From positions 1 to 64,000 of the IMG/VR virus record IMGVR_UViG_3300029928_000001: a DNA stretch of 64,000 nt. One strand, 5' to 3'. Below the pieces are notes generated by a model. It had not been told where the DNA came from. It ran no database searches and saw nothing but the letters and a program-made list of their open reading frames with translations. Source of the DNA: a virus (lineage: Duplodnaviria > Caudoviricetes). A program made the position numbers and the translations under genes. Shown here in pieces: positions 59,297-64,000 of this stretch (position 1 is its first letter; each line of letters begins with the position of its first letter).

Positions 59297-59897
59297 TGGA
59301 TTATATAATGGTTATGATAAAAAAAATAAAGAACGAGAAGCATTAGATTACTATGCTACTCCAACAACAGAGGTAGAAAATATATTAGAAACTTTAAAAA
59401 TAGATTTAAATAATAAAATTATTCTTGAACCTTGCGCAGGCGGTGGACATATGGTGCAGGGGATAGAAAATTATTGTATAAATAATAACTATGCACCTAA
59501 AAAAATTATTAAAACTGATATTATTGACAGAGGTCGCCCTAATTGTTTAACTGGAAAAGAATATGATTTTTTTAGTGATGAATATCCTATTAACAAGGCT
59601 GATATTATTATTATGAATCCGCCTTATTCTTGCATTGAAGGTTTTATGATTCGAGCTTTAGAAATTGCTCCAATTGTAATTATGCTAGGACGTACACAAA
59701 CTCTTGAAGGAAAAGATCGATATGAAAATATTTTTAGAGTAAATCCACCTTCAAGCATTTATCAATATGTTGATAGGATTAATTGTTGGAAAAATGGCGA
59801 AAAACCAAAACAAAGTTCAGCACAAGCATATGCTTGGTTTATTTGGGATAAAGAAAAAATAGGAACTAATTTATTTTGGCTAAGACGAAAGAATTGA
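59277..59897 (+). CDS. Amino-DNA methyltransferase (orphan)
   Basis: DYYATP, EPCAGGG, NPPY, YAWFIW. Confidence 0.85.
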   Translation: MGLYTTNGLYNGYDKKNKEREALDYYATPTTEVENILETLKIDLNNKIILEPCAGGGHMVQGIENYCINNNYAPKKIIKTDIIDRGRPNCLTGKEYDFFSDEYPINKADIIIMNPPYSCIEGFMIRALEIAPIVIMLGRTQTLEGKDRYENIFRVNPPSSIYQYVDRINCWKNGEKPKQSSAQAYAWFIWDKEKIGTNLFWLRRKN

Positions 59898-59956
59898 TTT
59901 ATTATATAAAATATGATATAATATAATATAATCAAAAAGGAGGTGCTGCCAACATA

Positions 59957-62900
59957 ATGAGTATAAAACGTTTTGAAATACATTCACACACTCATTATTC
60001 TTAACTCTAATCTAAGACTTATAGACTCCATTAATCATCCAAAAGATTTGATTAATAAAGCTATTGAGTTAGGGTATTGTGGAATAGCAATTACTGACCA
60101 TGAATGTTTAAGTGCTGCAATGGAAGTAAATCAATACGCTAAAAAAATAAAAGAAAAATATCCAGATTTTAAAATTGCTTTAGGTAATGAAATTTATCTA
60201 ACAGACAATAGAGATCGTGGGCAAAAATATTATCATTTTATTTTAATTGCTAAAGATGAATATGGTTTTAAAGCATTAAAAGAAATGAGCACAATTGCTT
60301 GGGATAACATATATACAGATAGAAAAATGGAGCGTGTCCCTTTATTAAAAACAGAACTTAAGCAAGTAATGTCAAAATATAAAGGTCATATTATTGCTAC
60401 AACTGCTTGTATTGGTGGAGAATTATCTCAATTATTACTGCAATTAGTTGAAGCAAGAAAACAAGATGATAAGCAAAAAGCTAAAATTACTTATAAAAAA
60501 ATTATTGATTTTATTGAATTTTGTTTAGATGTATTTGGGCAAGATTTTTTTATTGAATGCGCGCCATCTGATTTCAAAGATCAGATTATTGTAAATCAAC
60601 AATTATATAAGGTAGCACAAGTTTATGGCATTGATATGGTTGTTGGTACTGATGCGCATTATTTAACAGCAGAAGAGCGTCCAATGCACACAGCATATCT
60701 TAATTCAAAAGATGGCGAACGAGAAGTTGATGCTTTTTATCATTACGCTCATCTTATGGATTTTGAAGAATGTGAACGATTATTGAATTTAAGTTTTAAT
60801 GATTTAGATATCGTTCATACAATTATGTCTAATAATAATAAAATTTATGATAAAATACAAGAGTATGATTTAGCTAGAAAACAAATTATTCCAAAAGTAA
60901 CGGTAAAAAATTATCCAAAATTAAGTAAAATAATTGATGAAATAAATTATCCTGTTTTATCTCAACTATTTATTTCAGATGAAATTCAAGAAAGATATTG
61001 GGTAAACGAATGTTGGAATGAATTAAATAATAAACAATTAGTAAATCCTGAATATATTAAACGACTTGAAATTGAAGCTGACATTATTAAATATATTGGA
61101 ACACAATTAGAAGATTGCCTTTTTGCTTATTTTAATACATTTAAACATTATATTGATTTATTTTGGGAATGCGGCTCGATTGTCGGTCCTGGACGTGGTT
61201 CAGCTACAGGTTTTTTAAGTAATTTCTTATTGGGTATTACTCAATTAGATCCAATTCGTTGGGGGCTGCCGTATTGGCGTTTCTTGAATAAAGAACGTGT
61301 GGAGCTTCCAGACATCGATATAGACCTCGCACCGTCAAAACGCCCAGCAATTTTTGAAGCAATTCGTAAAGAAAGAGGAAGATATGGATTAGTACAAGTG
61401 GCTACTTTTGGTACTGAAGGGACTAAATCGGCAATCCTTACTGCGTGTTTCAAAAAAGGCACTAAAGTAAATACTATTAATGGAGATAAAAATATTGAAG
61501 ATATTCAAGCCGGAGATTTAGTAAAAACTTCTGAAGGATATGAAAAAGTTATTGCTCCTACAATTTTTACAGGAACCCCTTCCTATTGTATCAAGACAAA
61601 AAATTCTACAGTAAAAAATTTTTACTGTACTTCAGATCATGAAATTCTTGCAATAAAAAGAACTAGAAGAACGGAAGGCGATAATGTTGATATAAATACT
61701 TTTAAAACATTATTTCCTGAAATTAAAGATTTACCTTCTACAAATAAATTTTATGATGTGAGAAGAAGAAATTGTAAAAAAATTTCTCCTAAATGGGTTC
61801 CCGCAAAAGAAATCGGAGATAATTATTATGGATTAACTTTAATTGATAATACTGTTAATAATATAGCTGAAATTCATTGGGAAAATAATTTTTATCAACG
61901 TTTTGGAATCGGTATAAATAACAATATCCCAATTTCAAATGATTTTTGTGAATTAGTGGGAATTTGGCTAGCCGAAGGAAGTATTAATAAAGCTAATAAT
62001 ACGGTAAGTTTTACAATAAAACAAAAAGAAGAGGCATTAACAAAAAGAATTATTGAATTAATGTGGAAAGTATTTTCTTTAGACAATGCTTGTATAACCG
62101 ATAGGGATAGCTCCGCTGCAAGGACTATTGCATATTCTTCTTCCCAACTTGCCAATTTCTTTTTACAGTTATTTGATAACACAGGAATTTGGAAAGAAAA
62201 AAGATCTGATAATTCTTATCATTATTTAACTCAATGGGATAAAAAATTACCAGATATTTTACGTTATATAGACCCTAAAAAACAACTTCAAATTTTTAAA
62301 GGATGGTTTTTAGGAGATGGATATGCTCGTTCTGAAGATTTGGGGGATCGTCAAGCCAAAGGAACGACTGTATCTAAAAGACTTGCTGATGATATGATTT
62401 TTATTTTACATAGAAATTTTATTAATCCAAGTATTGATATTGAAAAAAGAAGTCTAAATCGATCTGACAGATGTGATTGTTATAATATTTCACTATATGG
62501 AAATTATGCTACATATTTATATAATTACAAATATGTTAATAAAGATTTCTCTCAAATTTTAGAATTTCCTATTGAATGTATGCGAAGCATTGACGTTCCG
62601 GTAATTTATAATTCTAAATTATATTTAAAAACTAAGATACAAGGAACTTATATTCCAGAAGAAACAGAAGATATCGTATATTGTTTAAAGATGCCTCATG
62701 GCAACTTTTCTGTGAATAATACCCTTGTCCATAACTGTAGAGGATATCGATCTGATGAGTTTCCAGCAGGAATTAATATCGAAGATGCTCAATATATGTC
62801 AGGACTAATTCCACAAGAAAGAGGATTCTTATGGGATATAAAAGATGTCGTATATGGTAATGAAGAAAAGAAAAGAAATCCTGTATCAGCTTTTATAAAA

Positions 62901-63741
62901 GAAGTAAATAAATATCCTGGCTTATTAGATATTATTATGAGCATTAATGGACTTATTAATAAACGTTCTACTCATGCTAGCGGTGTTATTTTATATGATA
63001 ATGATCCATTTAAAACCGCTTCTTTTATGAAAACTCCTGGAGGCGACTTGGTTACTTGTTTTGATCTCCATGCGGCAGAAAATGGGGGAGATACCAAATA
63101 TGACTTCTTAGTAACTGAAGTTAGTGATAAAATTATCCAATGCTTAGAATTATTAGAAGATGAAAATGTAATTGAAAAAGATTCATTGCGTAATCTGTAT
63201 AATAAATATTTGCATCCAGAAGCAATGGATACAACTAAACCAGAAATTTGGCAACATCTTGAAGCAGGAGATATTCTTGACGTATTTCAATTTAACGAAA
63301 GTTCAGGCTTAGCTATTGCTAAAAAATGTAAACCAAAAGATGTATATGAAATGACTGCGGCAAATGCTATGATGCGTCTTATGAGCGAATCGGGCAAAGA
63401 GTCACAACAAGACAGGTACGTGCGCATTCAGAAACAAGGTATCCAAGTTTTTGATAATGAAATGAAGCAACATCATTTATCTGATAAAACGAGAGCAGCT
63501 TTACATAAACATTGTGATGCTTATTTTGGTTGCGTGCCGTTACAAGAGCAAATGATGGAAATTCTTATGGATGAAGATATCGCAGGTTTCACTTTAGGAA
63601 GAGCAAATGCGGCGCGTAAAATTGTAGCAAAAAAGAAAATGGATCAAATTCCAGATTTAAAAGCTGAGGTTTATGAACACATTCCTAATAAAGAAACGGC
63701 TGACTATGTCTGGGAGATCGCGATAGCGCCGTCATTAGGGT
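59957..63741 (+). CDS. dnaE: DNA polymerase III alpha, exon 1 (7-nt interruption at 60002-60008, intein, downstream intron)
   Basis: AGGAGG RBS, HSHTHYS PHP motif, AITDH, GPGRGSA, PDIDID, HASG, KYDFL. Confidence 0.9.
61446..62735 (+). mobile_element. Intein with LAGLIDADG domain in DnaE
   Basis: CFKKGT...TSDH...VHN|C; GIWLAEG, GWFLGDG. Confidence 0.92.
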
Positions 63742-64000
63742 AAACGAAAAGTCATGCCCTTACATACCTAACCTGTTATCGCAGGGGTAAATTAATCACC
63801 AAAAATTTGGGTATTCTTGATTAATTTGCTAACGGGGAAAGCTAAGTATAATAGAGGAAAATATTATATATGCCAATCCCGTGACAAAGATTATCTTAAT
63901 ATTTTATTTTTCCTCTGAATTTTTTAAATTGAAAGGAAAAATGAAAATGAATTATATTTATTGTTATACTAATTTAATCAATGGAAAAATTTATATCGGT
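63742..64000 (+). mobile_element. 5' part of group I intron in dnaE with GIY-YIG ORF starting 63941
   Basis: P1 AGGGT/GCCCT, GCTAACGGGG core as in gyrB intron; MKMNYIYCYTNLINGKIYIG. Confidence 0.78.

Overview
This is a 64 kb AT-rich segment of a large (probably jumbo) tailed phage, almost entirely on the + strand. The host is likely Bacillota/Clostridia, inferred from sigmaA-type TTGAAA-N17-(TG)nTATAAT promoters and a tmRNA tag ending -MAA. The genome reads TAG as Gln (genetic code 15). Many genes that the standard-code ORF track splits become continuous, with TAG inside conserved motifs (radical SAM CNL[Q]CKYC, GIY-YIG GYN[Q]T, PhoH), and an amber suppressor tRNA (anticodon CTA) is present. 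Contents in order: (1) 0.2-5.9 kb, a radical SAM/SPASM pair next to a hidden TAG-containing Asn/Tyr/Trp/Ser-repeat substrate protein and a U32-like Fe-S protein. A second rSAM with a (CxxxC)n substrate lies at 33.9-35.9 kb and appears to share a carrier domain with the first substrate. (2) 6.4-10.4 kb, a non-coding RNA island with 10 tRNAs, a tmRNA, three HDV-like ribozymes (one directly after the suppressor tRNA, one directly after the tmRNA) and nine copies of an unexplained RNA module. Each module is a covarying terminal stem plus ACAGCAA plus variable cargo, and two carry circularly permuted tRNA mimics with the topology of bacterial Y RNAs. A TROVE/Ro-like DUF2828-vWA protein at 32.2 kb is the candidate partner. 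(3) An RNA-repair cluster (nucleotidyltransferase, phosphoesterases, RNA ligase, kinase). (4) PhoH, lysis genes, gyrase, PARG, RNase H, ClpP and ligase. (5) A replication block (SSB, AAA ATPase, DnaB, primase, RecJ, RecD-like helicase, DnaE) with 5 group I introns, 3 inteins and free-standing homing endonucleases. Two genes have codon-stop-matching-codon interruptions that suggest ribosomal hopping. All calls come from manual motif reading; no searches were run.
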